DNA of 61,867 bases, the filler included, from Streblomastix strix (taxonomy: Eukaryota), in NCBI GenBank assembly GCA_008636045.1. It is 2 parts of 2 records of this genome, joined end to end, with 100 filler letters (N's around TTAATTAATTAA, not from the genome) between each part and the next. Parts side by side here need not be neighbours in the genome. Positions count along the whole stretch, not along the records: positions 31,050 to 61,867 come from SNRW01000088.1; 1 more part is not named here. One strand, given 5' to 3'. The first letter of the stretch is position 1, and each line of letters begins with the position of its first letter. Positions 42,901-55,399 of the stretch are shown here, piece by piece. The translations under genes were made by a program, and so were the position numbers. The notes beneath the pieces are model-generated. The model saw only the letters and a list, made by a program, of their open reading frames with translations. It made no database searches and had not been told where the DNA came from.

Positions 42901-44280
42901 TTGATTTACAGAAGGGGCAAAATTGTAATCCTGTTAATGTTTCTTTATTCTAGATATAAAAGGCATGGGTTTCGTTATTTTCAGAGGAGCATATTAATAC
43001 GTTAAACTCGGGGGCACTAACGGGTTCATCAATGGATTCATCGATGGATTCATCTTGTGCTTTTTCATTAAATTTATATGTTTTTGAATAGTAATATATT
43101 TTTTGCTTTGTATCATAATCATATATATTTATATTAATTTTCTCGTTTTAAATGAATTTTTCAAAGAATGATTCAATAAAAAATCCTTTATAGTCTTATA
43201 ACCAATTTTATAATTATTTTTCGGACACATTATAATATTTCATCATGTGCTCCTTTGCCATGCGCTCCCGAGAATGTTCTCTAATTCTTTTATCTGGTGC
43301 ATCGGGATATTTATATAAATTATAAGCGTATAACCAACATATATAATATTTGCATCTTGTCGTTCTCAAACAATTCTTATGGTCCACGAGATGAAAGTCT
43401 ATTAATTCTTTTATGCTGCCGCCAACGCGAAACTGAGGAAGAGCAAACTTTTTGATCATCATCGAATAAAAGGCAAAAATTCGTTGTTTTATGCTATCCA
43501 AATTAAAATTTTGCATCAAAATTTTTTCAGATTTAACATATTTCTTATATTCTTCTATGTCTTGCTCAGTGGTTATCGACTTAGGGATATGACTTTATGT
43601 TCTTGCTTCTTGGAGTAAAATATAATCGCATGAATTTGAAAGATGTCCCTAATAGTCTGTGTTTTGCTCCTAATAAATTACTCCAAAATCAAAGATATTT
43701 TTAAATGGTTTATGATTTTGTTTTTAGTATACTGAGTCAATAAATTTATTTATCTCTTCTAAGGAATAAATCAAATTATTATTGTATATGTTGCAGATTT
43801 CTCCCAGTTCTATGTCTTTCTAAAACTGATATCCCTGTCTTACCTTATCAGCCGTATCGAAAATATATCCATATCTGCAGGTTAGAAATAAAGCAAAGTA
43901 TCAGAGTAATCACTTTATATTTCATTAAAATATTCATTACCATATTTAATAATTTTATCGCTTCTCTCTTCATTCTAAATCATGTCAATATAAAGCAGAG
44001 TTAAAACGAAAGCGTTTTTTTGTCCCTTAAAAGTTCTGGGACTTAGTAAATTATTTTGTCTAATCGAGTAAATGCTTTAGGGTTTATCGATCCTGTTCAG
44101 TTCGTTTATTTAAGACACTAATGAATTTATTTGGATTATTAAAATTATTCCTTCCTCTATTTCGTAAATTAAAAGAATCTAGTTATTGGTTAAGTTATTA
44201 TTTTAGTTTATTTTTTTTAATTTGCTTTTTCCATTTGAAACTAATAATTTGATAATTTCACTTTTCTTTAAGTAAAGCAT
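39958..44280 (-). pseudogene. Protein-primed family B DNA polymerase (pPolB)
   Basis: ExoI YITYDFETME; motif A IGFDFNYLYPS; motif B CKITMNSLYG; motif C FVEGDTD; ITGGLSIVMHR; long N-terminal extension. Ends IIESIIDQ-TGA at 39958. Frameshifts present. Confidence 0.92.
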
Positions 44281-44679
44281 ATTTAATATAAATTAAAAAA
44301 ATAAAAAATATATAAATAAATTTAGTTAGGATAAAATAAACATAAAATAAATCAAATATCAAATATAAATTCTTTGTTTAACATATCAAATTCATTTTTC
44401 AATTCGGGATAAGTTTAATATAAAACGTCGATGATTTCTTTATTTTAATATAGCCTACATTTATATAATTTTATTTAATATTATGATTTATCGATAATTT
44501 CATTAATGTTGGAAACCTCTACCTAGAAAGTACTTTGCCATACTCTTCTTATTTATTTTGAATAATTTTTGGGGGTGAATTATTAAATCTTTATATTGAT
44601 TTATCCTTTTGATACAAAGCGCATACTCTATCGCTGCTGTTTGATAACAATTGTTTTTTTTATATAATTTGTCAATTTA

Positions 44680-45588
44680 TGATAAATAATAATAGTGCAT
44701 AAAATGGATTCACTAAAATTATATCTCGAGTAGCAATTTGTTATAATAATCCATATATTAATTTGTTAATTTACAGCCAAAGTTACCTTACATTGTAAAT
44801 ACGACTGATTTATTCTAACCAATAAAACACTCTAGCGAGAGCATGTTCTAAAACCATAAAACAGGAACATCAACCAAGTTCTATATGAAGCATGCATTAT
44901 TAAACCCATTACATCCGACTGTTTCCATTGTTATACCTAATCATTAATTATTAACGCATATAATTAATATCTGAGGATATTTTATAAAATTACCTATGAA
45001 TGGGCAAACTATCTATATATCTGGAATCAAACCATCGACCTAAAATTTGGTCTTATAAAACTATGTTTCCAAATTAATTTATTTTATTGCTGACGAAAGA
45101 TTTGACAATTAATTTGATCCATTCTTATTTAGACCGTCATATAAATCTAAACTTCCCGCTAATTGATAATATCAATTTGGTGATAATATTATTATATTAG
45201 CATACCAATTAATGCGCTCAACTGATGACTATTAGCTAACAACTTCAGCTATGAATTAACGATAAATGCCAGTCCTTCCAACGGCTGCATAAATATCCGT
45301 TCATTCTTGGGTAGTGAACGCTGGCAGCAAGCCTATTGTTCGCACGGGGAAAGTACTTATATTATTGATTATCTGTTGCATGGACTATTATTGAACGTCT
45401 ATGGGTTAATCATCAAATGTGGTAATAGCACCTGCTGAACTTATATTTTTCCGCTTGCCGAATAAATAATGAACTGATAAAGCATTTGGTGCCAGAGGTT
45501 CAACTGAAGTTATAAAATTATTTGAAGTTTGGCAGTATAAACGAATCAATCCAATAGCTCTATAAGCGGCACTAGTATTGTAATCCAT
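44680..45588 (-). pseudogene. Hypothetical viral protein, possibly structural
   Basis: Long frame interrupted by TGAs (...STFPVRTIGLLPAFTTQE*TDIYAAVGRTGIYRQF...). No family recognised; boundaries approximate. Confidence 0.4.
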
Positions 45589-46171
45589 TTTTCAATAGAG
45601 ATAAAGAAACGCGTCAATTCTTAAATTTATATAATTTATCGCTGAATATACTATATCCCGCCAAAATTTGTATTTAATGAAAATTACTTAATTTATAATT
45701 TTTATTTATTCTCATTTATTGGGTTATTGAAGCAAATATCCCTCTCGATTAATGGATGATTATAATTTGAAATACTTTTCTTATGCATTTATGAAATTAA
45801 TAAAATAAGAAACTTAAAGAACAAGCAATTACGGTACATATTTATATCCTTAATTATCTTAGTCATCAACATATTAATTAATGATAGCAGTATTTAAATT
45901 CAACCTAATTGCGGGAAGCTCCATCAATGCTTATAATGAAAATGAAACATTTCCGTTATATTGTTAATAATATATTTTCCTATTGGGAGTTGAAATTATA
46001 TTGTGTTAAATTTCTACATAATCACAGTTCAAATTATATGTAAAAATTTTTTTGTATATTACTAATGCTATTCACTTTAAAAGAATTGTAGCCCGAGGGT
46101 ATGGTGGTCTCCAATGATACTTAGTCTTCATCTGAATCAAAGCTAGTCATTTATAAGCCAATGTTTGACAT
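45550..46171 (-). pseudogene. Candidate minor capsid (penton) protein
   Basis: About 200 codons, beta-rich, starting MSNIGLQMTSFDSDEDQVSLETTIPSGYNSFKVNSIS; frameshifted. Assignment is by size, composition and context only. Confidence 0.35.
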
Positions 46172-46585
46172 TTATATAAACATAAATTTTTGGATTTCAT
46201 TTATTTCTTTCATTGAATAATTCCATTAATTTTAAAATTGTATCTTAGCCATTTTCTTAGGCTATCGATATAATTTATTTTAGTTCCTTCATCCTCAGCC
46301 GTTTATTAAATTACCTCAATAAGAATCTTAACTCAATTTCTGGGTCGGATTTCGTCGCTAAAGAAACCAGAGAACTTACGAATGAACTATAAACCGTGAA
46401 TTCTTAAACTGATACTTTAATTATTTAATTTAAAAAAAATATAGAAAAAACCGAAGTTTTTTTCATAAATACTGATTGCCGCCGTCAGTGATTATCCGTT
46501 AGCCCCTTTGATTTATGGCTACAATTTGAGTTGTATCAAATTAAAATATTAAATTATAATTAAAATATTTTTAAAATCAAATAAA

Positions 46586-47524
46586 ATGCAAAAAAAGTCG
46601 GATTTGAATAAATCAGAAGGTATTAAGATGCGATCAGGAAACATATATAAATATGATAAAGAAAATAAAAAATCTAAGGGCCATAATAGAGCACCAAGCA
46701 CACTCCAAAAAGTAGGCCCATAGAATTCAACCTCTTAGAATTCAACTTCTTCGAATTAATCCATCACTGTATAAGAACCAGATGATTATATTTAATAGCA
46801 ACACCAAAAATATTAAATAATGGATGCAAGATATAAAGCAAATTAATGGCATGATATACTATTTGGAAAATTAAGCCCGATAATAAAATCATATCGCTGA
46901 TTCGCTTTAAAGAGAAAGAGATCCAGTATTTACTGATACATTTAATCCTAACGCAGTGATAAATGAACCCGCTAATGATATAGCTAGCAGAGCCATACCT
47001 TGGCATCTATTATTTGCATAAAATTAAATGTTAAGCGGTAGTTCATCAATAGGCGCCCCATAAATAGGATACGAAACAGATTCATAATCAGGAACATCAA
47101 AAAAAGACCCAGATGTTCAATAAATAGACTAAGACGCGAGAGGGTATTAGAACGAAAATATTAGTTAATAATAGAATGAACAGTTAGATTAGGCTAAATT
47201 ATGGGCCACTTAATTAATATAGGACAATAAAGAAACAAAAAAAGATATAAACAAATTGGAATATAAAACAGGAGCACAGATTGGGGATAGCCTGCTTTAA
47301 ACACCCCATACACTAATAATCCATATCCTTTGAAGAACATGAGATACTATATGAATTAGGGTGGGATGCCGTCAGTAATGCAGAAGAAAGAAATTTATTA
47401 TAAATCGAGCAAAATAAATAAGCTAAAAAAAAGAAAGAATTATATTAAAACTAGCCAGTTAAAAAAATCAATAGCTGAATAAGATAAATTAAAAAAATAT
47501 GGTAGGAAAAATAAGAAGAAATGA
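46586..47524 (+). pseudogene. Hypothetical basic/low-complexity viral protein
   Basis: Starts MQKKSDLNKSEGIKMRSGNIYKY, ends in a K/R-rich stretch at TGA 47522-47524; frameshifted. Confidence 0.45.
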
Positions 47525-47527
47525 AAA

Positions 47528-47974
47528 TCAATTAGAAATATCGTCAGTCTATTCCTTTGGCCCTCCTTCGATTATTTCAACTATCATTGTTAGGTCATCC
47601 ATTGAATAAACTACTTTATTTAATAACTTTTAAGCCGATAATTATAACTCAGAAATGCCTGATTTTAATACTTTCTATTTTTCTCTCAGTCTCTATTTAA
47701 ATTGCTTCCTATATAATCTTGCCTTTTCTTTAGCCTCTTCTTCTGTTTGATATTTTCGGGGCCTTCCCTGCTTTGGAGCTTCCACTTTAGGCTCCACTTA
47801 TGGCTCCGTTGCTGGCTCTATTACTGGCTCCACTTATGGCTCTGTTGCTGGCTCCACTTATGGCTCTATTACTGGCTCCACTTATGGCTCTGTTGCTGGC
47901 TCCATTGCTGCCTTCACTTTGCGAATATATGTTTTACGAGGCTTTTTTTATTCTTTAATTTCTTTATTTTTCAT
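47528..47974 (-). CDS. AT-hook protein with EPxx tandem repeats
   Basis: KPRKTYIRK-(EPAT/EPQV/EPVI)n-KQGRPRKYQTEEEAKEKARLYRKQFK. 12-bp repeat array at ~47783-47906. Possible frameshift near the 3' end. Confidence 0.65.
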
Positions 47975-48004
47975 TTATTAATAAATAAAAATATAAAAAA
48001 CAAA

Positions 48005-49170
48005 TCAAATTAATTTAAAAGTTCGTTTGAATTTCTATTGTAGTTTATCAATAGAATCAGCTACTTTTCTAGTATAATATGCTAGAATTTCTACCGTTTT
48101 AATATCTTTGTAGTGCTTCAATAATTCACATATAACGTTTCCATGACTATAATTTATAAATATTGCTATTTCGTTAAATTCTCTTTGTTTCTTTTCGAAA
48201 TTGCGTGCCGTTTTTGATAAATCTAAATGAATCATTATTATATTTCCTTTCTTTAGATTCAATAACTAATATTTATTTTATAGTTCACTTATGTTGGCTG
48301 CTTCGTTCATTTTCAAACGGATATATGTACCTTCTAAATTTTCTGATTCATTTACTTATGCAGGAATAAATTTATTCATGAACGCTGAATGATTGGTGTT
48401 ATTGTATTTATCAACGACTTACTACATTTATTTATTATTGGCCATCTGTTGGTCATCGTTTTCAAATGCATTTCTGATAGTTCGAACTATAGAATCAACA
48501 ACTCGATTTTTATTGATAAATTACGAAAAGTTAAAATAATAAGTGATGTCATTTTATTTTAGACAGTCCTATATTTATTTGCAACCGGGTGCGGCCTCAC
48601 CATCAGAACGAATATTTGAAACTCTATGATTATCTACTAATAATTATAGACATTTCAGTAATGCACTAGTTGATTTATCTTTGATTGGATATATAATTAA
48701 ATATTTTGTATTAATATTTATGGCAAAAAATAGTGCTGGATGATTTTATTTATGGTCGGATGCATTTCAAATATTATATCAATTTCCTAGCTGCCTAATA
48801 GAGGCGAATAATAAGACCGTTTATATTTCTTTAATGGTTCTAATTTAATATCATGGACAATTTCGGACTTATCTTTGGCCTTGCTACGAAATGGATTTTA
48901 TATTTTTGGTTGTTCAATTTATTATTTTTATTGAACAGGTTTTGTTTTCTATTTAATTCTTTCCGCGTGAAATTTTAAATAATTATCTAAATAAATTTTA
49001 TACCATAGCGAAATTGTTTTATTTTAAAACATCTATTCTTAATTATTTATTGATAATTATTAATTCAAATAATTATTAATATTTCTAATAAAATTCATCA
49101 ATTTTATTTTATCTGGTTTAAAACTTAAATTATCGATTACCTCGTTAATTGGTTCATTTTTATTACTCAT
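48005..49170 (-). pseudogene. Retroviral-type (RVE) integrase
   Basis: EID...FAININTKYLIIYPIKDKS...NIRSDGEAA...NKNRVVDSIVRTIRN...YNNTNHSA; frameshifts in the 5' half. Confidence 0.88.
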
Positions 49171-49220
49171 TTTATATCTATGTAAATTATTTTAATACAA
49201 AATGAATAAATATTAATCTT

Positions 49221-49356
49221 GTCCGTAGTGTCTCAGTGGGTCTGGTCCCCTCACTGTCCCAGTCGAGTGTCTAGGTTCGACACCCCCCGCTCACGTTTTT
49301 TCGTTCGTTAAAATTAACAGTTCATTTTAATTTTTTCTACGAGTGGGGGGACAACT
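49221..49356. repeat. GC-rich candidate right terminus (TIR) of the element
   Basis: GC island directly upstream of the integrase, ending ...CGAGTGGGGGGACAACT (5'-AGTTGT on the minus strand, compare Polinton AGT termini). No partner found in the window. Confidence 0.45.
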
Positions 49357-50281
49357 GTTCTTGCAAAAAATTAATAGATCATGACTAATTCCGCCCTGCA
49401 GCCAAAAAATAAGGTGTTGGGTGCAGTACCAGCAAAAGCTGACGCGAGGCTTTTTTTTATTTTTTTTAAAAATTGCGTAAAAATTTTTGTAGATAAGTTT
49501 TTTTTAATTGAATATACAAATTATATTTAATTGTTACTTCATAAATTAATTTGTCATAAATTCGAAACTAATTTCAAAAACAGAATACACCTACGAGAAA
49601 GTAAATTTTTTGCACATTTTTTTGATTTTCGTTGGATAGCAACTTCAATCTATGTTTTTATTATTTAATTTACATTTATTTATGATTTACTTATTATGAA
49701 ACATGATCATATATATTTATAAACAAAGTTAACTTTTTTTAATTTTTAATTTTTTTTATTTTATAATATTAATGTAGTTTTATAATGTTACAGTGATATT
49801 ATCCCGTAAAGTTCGCATTAACTTATAATTTTCTCTTTGAAGGTGCTGATAATATGAAAAATCGAGATTGAATATTATGAATGAGGATATGAAAGCATTC
49901 CGAATGAATAAATATGAGTGAATCGATTTTATTTATCCGTGATTACGTGCATAAATCAAATGTGTTATACGTTGGGGCGAACTTCACACTCTAATACTAC
50001 TTAAATTTCTTGTAATGTTAAAATTATTTAAATTATCTCTTCTAATTGGTGTGAGAATACGATTAGAAAACAAAGAATGATAAATAAACATATAAGTTTA
50101 AAAAATTAAATAAAAATTAAAAATAAAGATACTGGCTGAAGAACACACTGCTGAAATTAAAATTTTACCCAAAATTCTAGTTGAAGTATATTTGAATCCA
50201 TATTTTTCTAAAATATATTTTTATAAAATGCATTAAAATTATTTTTTTAAAAGAACAGTGGTAAATACTCTTGTCTTGAAT

Positions 50282-50368
50282 GACCCAGACTAGGTTGGGT
50301 CTGGTAGGTTTGGGTCGGGTTAGGTTGGTTCGGGTCAGGGTTGTTCAGGTTGGGTTAAGTCGAGTCGT
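50282..50368. repeat. Degenerate G-rich pentamer array (GGGTC/GGTTA/GGTTG)
   Basis: TAGGTTGGGTCTGGTAGGTTTGGGTCGGGTTAGGTTGGTTCGGGTCAGGG... Confidence 0.8.
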
Positions 50369-50545
50369 ATTTTTTAAAGCCGAATTTGGATTATAGCATG
50401 AATTACGCGCCTGTAGGATAATAGAACATAAATTGGTTAAGACAGAAAATTGAGAAATGTTATCTTTAAGTTTGTAAACATAGTTTTCAGCGTCAACTTT
50501 TGTACATCATAAGTAAATAAAATTTCAAGATCATGATGAAATCAT

Positions 50546-50705
50546 CATGCTTCATACTTGGTAAGCAGAAAATTAATCATATTTCATAATTAATACGCAA
50601 AAAATTAGCCATGTTGCATACTTGGTAGAGCCCGATTTCAACATGTATTATACTTGATAGAGCTCATTCTCGACATGTTTCATACTTGGTAAAGCACATT
50701 TTTGA
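50546..50705. repeat. 32-bp-period tandem array, 5 diverged units
   Basis: Units start at 50546, 50578, 50610, 50642 and 50674 with consensus CATGTTTCATACTTGGTA.AGC... Confidence 0.8.
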
Positions 50706-53170
50706 TGATAACTCTTTAGCACAATCAGTATATTAACAAAATTTCGCATCTGTAGTGCTCAGTTTTGATGCCTTCTCTAGCTCTTCGCTCGTTGATTTAC
50801 TAAAGATGAAATGAATAAAATTCCTGAAAAATAAATAAAAACTACGGAAAATAAAATTAATTGTATTAATTTGCAGTTTCGAGTAGAAAATTCAATTTAA
50901 ATAAATTTTAGATTTTCATATTTAAATATTATATTATTTTCGTATTGGTTAATATTATTAGAGTTTAATTAATTTTTTTGTATGAACTAGTATAATTATA
51001 TCATAAAATCTTATTTTGCTTGTTTTGTAATTTTTGGCCAAAAATAGATTTTAAAATTCAATTTTAAGAGTTTGATATCTAAAATTTGATTCAATATGAT
51101 CGGTTAATAATTCTTCTCAATATTATTTTAAATAAAAATTTTAGACATTTGCAAAAACAAATTGAAATAAATAACAATTGAAACAAAATTATTAGTAGAT
51201 ACTGCAGAATTAAGATGCAGATTTCTTTAAATTATATTGCTTATTTAGCTTGTTCTCTTCTGCCAAACACTTTAAAAACACTATTAAATTTATAATTATA
51301 TATTATTAATTTGCTTTACTTACAAAATATATTTATTAACATAAACATGTTGAGAAAACTTGGCTGCAACTTAAAATTAACACACTTACCTTCAAAATTT
51401 CATTTATTTATTAAATATTACATTTTCTAAACAATCACATCATTTAATATTTAACTAGCATGTATAATACAATATTTTAACTATATTTATAATCGAACGC
51501 TTTTTTCATAAATTCTACGATAAGCCTGCTCCTAAAATAATTTAAACATATTCGATAATATTTATTACTTTTTCATCTATAATATATCTGTTTTCTAAAA
51601 ATATTGTAACTGATTTAACAAATAAATATGCCTAAACTACCACGTTTAATTTTTCCAGGTCTTGAGCGTATTGAAAGATATATTGCATTTAATTTAATTG
51701 TGTTGAGTTCAGACACCAAATTTTCATACTAACTTTTAAAGTTTCGCACTGAAAACTTATTTCGCATTTTCTGAAATTGACAAACCGGACAGATTTGGAA
51801 AGGCAACAATTTTAATCCAATACTAATTTTTAACTTTAAAATTCTGTAAATGTTTTTATTATTCAAGTAAGAAACATTTGATAATAAAGTATGATGCATT
51901 ATACTCCAAATGAATTAAATTTTAATTAAATTTTTATGAATTTCAACAATTTTTTGAAATTTTTCTGACTCAATTTGTTATTTTTGGTATTCATTTTTGA
52001 ATATAAATTATTAAATTATTTAATACAGCAGAATTCACTTAAACAGGGTTATTCTTTAAAATGTTATATAAAAAAATATTCAAAATATGAGATCAAAAAT
52101 TAATTGAAATATTATAGATTCATTTTATGAACACTTATTTTATTCATAAATTTTTGATGTAGTGAGTAAAACTTCTTTATAAACAAATTTAAATTATGAA
52201 TTTTATATAGGCTAACCGATTATGTGCAGTCAATCTTCGTTGTAGTTTCGTTTTACAAATATGTAATTTGGATTCTCATTATTTATTTATAATCTAAAAA
52301 CGCATCTAAATTATAGTTCGTTCAACAATAAAAAATAATAAAAATGCTCTATTTAAGGAGAAATTCCATATTAAAATAAAATTGAATTGATCTTGCATGT
52401 ATCGAACAAAAAAATTTTCAAATTAACTATATAAAAATTGTTTTAATATAATCAAATTCAAATTATGATGAATTATTTCATGTTTATTCATTTGATTAGA
52501 ATAAAGTAGGAAAAAAATTAGCATGTCTTGTCTTATTCAACTTCTTCTGAGCTGCAACGAAATTTATCCAAATTTAACATACTCTATATGAATATATTAT
52601 CATAAACGTTCCAGATTTGCAAGCTTTAAACATTTTGCACGACTAAAGCTTCAGGATAAAGAAATGAATTTAATTTTGTCAGTTTCTCTCACTTTAATGT
52701 ATCATACTTTGTTTTAATAAGTTTTTTATTTTTCTTAATAATTATATAATTATAAAAATAAAAATTGAATATATATGTCACTGTCACTTTTAATTAACAA
52801 TGATTTCAAATTTTTTACATAATAAATTTGCTTGCTTCTCCACTAGTAACTTCCACTAAAACTTTCAACAATTATATTTATTAAAATAGTCGCCATTAGC
52901 TTAAAAATAATTAATATTTTATTAAAATTATTTAAAAAAATTTAGTCCAAACTATTTCAAAAAATTTACTTTGATTTTTTTTCGTGAAATTTAAAAATTA
53001 AAAATTTAGTATAGCATAATTTATTTTAACTTAGATGTACTTTAGGATGAACTGAAAATATCCTAAAACCAATAAATAAATTTGGAAAAAGACACTATAT
53101 ATATTTTTTAACTGTGCTTAACGGGTTAGACTATATAAGTTTCTTTAATTTTGTATTTTTGTAAGAATTT

Positions 53171-53550
53171 ATGATATTAACTTCATTCTCTAAGCTTGAA
53201 ACTTGCCAATAATTTTAATCAAATAATAGCATCAACGATCGACTTAGAATCATTGAATAAATAAGCAGTGGATTGTATGGCACTATTTTAGAAAATAATT
53301 AACTCGGAGAAAACGGCTTCATATAGATTGCGATCAAATTTGAGAATACGGAACATAATAGTTCGAAGCTACCGAATGAAATTCTAATTACATAAACATT
53401 TACTCGTATGATTCGGTTTTAGAATCTTTTATTCTGTAAATTATATTGATTTTCTTTAGATGTCAAACATTATGCTCGCTTTTATTAATATGGAACACGT
53501 AAAAAGAACAAATTTGTCGTAATGGATCTTTTCGGTCCTTCTTTAATGAA
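53171..53550 (+). pseudogene. Truncated CK1/TTBK-like kinase (N-lobe only)
   Basis: ISSGLYGTI...IAIKFE...LPNEI, one intron, then ARFYQYGTRKKNKFVVMDLFGPSL; the sequence then breaks off. Confidence 0.8.
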
Positions 53551-53636
53551 TGATTAATACATTAATAAATAAATTAATTAAATTAATTTAATACTAGCTA
53601 TCTAGTAAATTGTTAGAAACTTTACAAATTCAACCT

Positions 53637-54900
53637 TCATTTATAAGCTCTAGCAGTTGTTGCTCGTTCTGAATCCTTAGTAAAACTTGAATCCTGAGCT
53701 TCATCATGTGATTTCAAGTGTATTTCATCATTTTACATTTAAAGTTTTTAATCTTTTGCACTATCATGATCTTTACGAGAATCAACTTCAACGAAAAGTT
53801 GAGTCGAAATGATCGGGCGCGAAAGAGGTGAAACAAGAGTTTCCTAAGTAGATAATTATAAATCATCTACTTATGGAGATTATTGTAGTTCATATCCTTC
53901 GGAGACTCTTGCATCACCCCTTTATTTTGAGATAATCTAAGTAGCTTGCTTCATGCCGTGATTGCTTTTGAGTGCGGATGCTATAGAATCCTGCTCCTTG
54001 ATGACAGCGAAAATGTAGAACTTCTTATTCATCTTTGAGTCTGGTGAGTGATGGGTAAAGACGTTTATTGTCCTCCCATCAATCCTCTGAGTTGCTTGAT
54101 CTGTAGAAAAAGCGTGTATTACGGTGTTCACGGTAGCGCTCTTGACTACAAGTGTCTCATCCAGTATTTCAAGGCGAGTCCTAATATTTGTCTGATCAGC
54201 TTGTTTCGAATTTTCAGGCTAGAATAAATGAATGAAATTTGAAGAACTTTGTTAGAAGTTTTCTCTAAGTCCTGTTAACCAAACAAAAAATTGCTCTGTT
54301 GGACGCTCTCTAGGATCATTTGTTCTTCTTTCATCATATCTCTCTCTTACTAGATTGTTTGAGTGGGATGCAAACTGCTGCTGTATGTTCTTCATCATCT
54401 ATGATCGATACTGATAGCTCTATATTTAACATCTCTTCCATTCTCACAAAACGTAAAGATATAAATTGTGAAGCTAGCTTTACTTATAGCTCTTCATTCA
54501 AGAAAATATTACTTTCAGATCTCTCACCCCAGTGCACATAAAGTTAACTGATGTCCTAGATACTCCTATATCTTGAGTTATTAATCTAATGATTGGAAAT
54601 TGCATGGATAGTGTGTCTTTAAGCAGTTGCGGAGACTTGAACTGTTCAAAATAAGAAAGAAAGCATTGTGTTGTTTAATGATGCATGGTGTTTTGCTAAT
54701 AATTGCTTTGTTTTCTTTGTTCTTGTTAACTATGTCATGAATTTAGTGTGTGTCAATGATATATTCTTGTTCATAATATACTCGATTGTATAATTCTTTT
54801 CTTTCATCCAATCATCAAACACTCCAATTTTCTACAATTTTTTCTTCTGAGTATTATATTTCTATACTTCTATTATCATTTGTTCGGTCTCTCTAGTCAC
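53637..54900 (-). pseudogene. Tyrosine recombinase
   Basis: LASQFISLRFVRMEEM (catalytic R), TVIHAFST (decayed SxRH), FTHHSPDS...FYIF (H and Y); TGA at 53637-53639. Confidence 0.8.
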
Positions 54901-55079
54901 GTTCACATTGTCTAAAAACTCTGTTATTAATTTTCTTCTTTGAATGACTCTTGGACCATGAAATATGTCGCGATTTTTCTAGAAGATAAGATGTCTTTCT
55001 TTTTCGTCATCTCCTTCCTCGGGTTCAGAAACAGAGAGCTCTCTCCAAGAATATGGTATCTGTTATTGTCTGTTAGTAT

Positions 55080-55340
55080 GTGTGTGATCTATACTTGACC
55101 TTAAAACCATGATGCTATCATGATCGACTTATTTTTTAACTTTTCCCAAGTGATCTGTATTTTTCCAATTTTCGGAATTGGTTGATGGACCAGAAAGATC
55201 TCCTCCTTCCATGATTTCGAAAATGCGTTCAACCATTCTGCCCCTTCCTCTTCCTCTCCTATTGTTACGAATCTATCCACGAGTTTATTTTCCCATGTTG
55301 CGAACTGGTCCTGAGTTAATATTCTCTCCCACGCATGGCA
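55080..55340 (-). pseudogene. Dam-like methyltransferase domain of DIRS elements
   Basis: FATWENKLVDRFVTI...LNAFSKSWKEEIFLVHQPIPKIGK...IMIASW resembles the DLFA...NAF..W...(N/H)PP pattern. Confidence 0.65.
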
Positions 55341-55399
55341 AAGGGCTATGAATATCTCTTTCTTTACTGTATATTCGCACTGTTTGCTTAGTCCATTTA

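Larger units (their letters stand above)
32520..49356. mobile_element. Endogenous Polinton/Maverick-like virus, decayed and left-truncated
   Basis: Compact, apparently intronless cluster of pPolB, RVE integrase, A32-like ATPase, KilA-N, fibre-like and capsid-like ORFs. Candidate right terminus ...GGGGGGACAACT. Many frameshifts and in-frame TGAs. Confidence 0.9.

Noticed and set aside
33401..45310. TGA readthrough (Trp/Sec) in viral ORFs
   Set aside because: In-frame TGAs fall at probable Arg, Trp and Cys positions and co-occur with frameshifts, which fits pseudogene decay better.
47747..48013. Trp/Cys/His-repeat ORF on the plus strand
   Set aside because: Antisense reading of the EPxx repeat in the minus-strand AT-hook gene.
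49221..49300. tRNA gene
   Set aside because: It has a GGTTCGA motif but no pairing acceptor stem, T-stem or anticodon arm.
50282..50368. Telomere
   Set aside because: Internal, short and irregular, with no consistent telomeric unit.
50546..50705. CRISPR-like array
   Set aside because: Units are contiguous diverged tandem copies without unique spacers; no cas genes; eukaryotic context.
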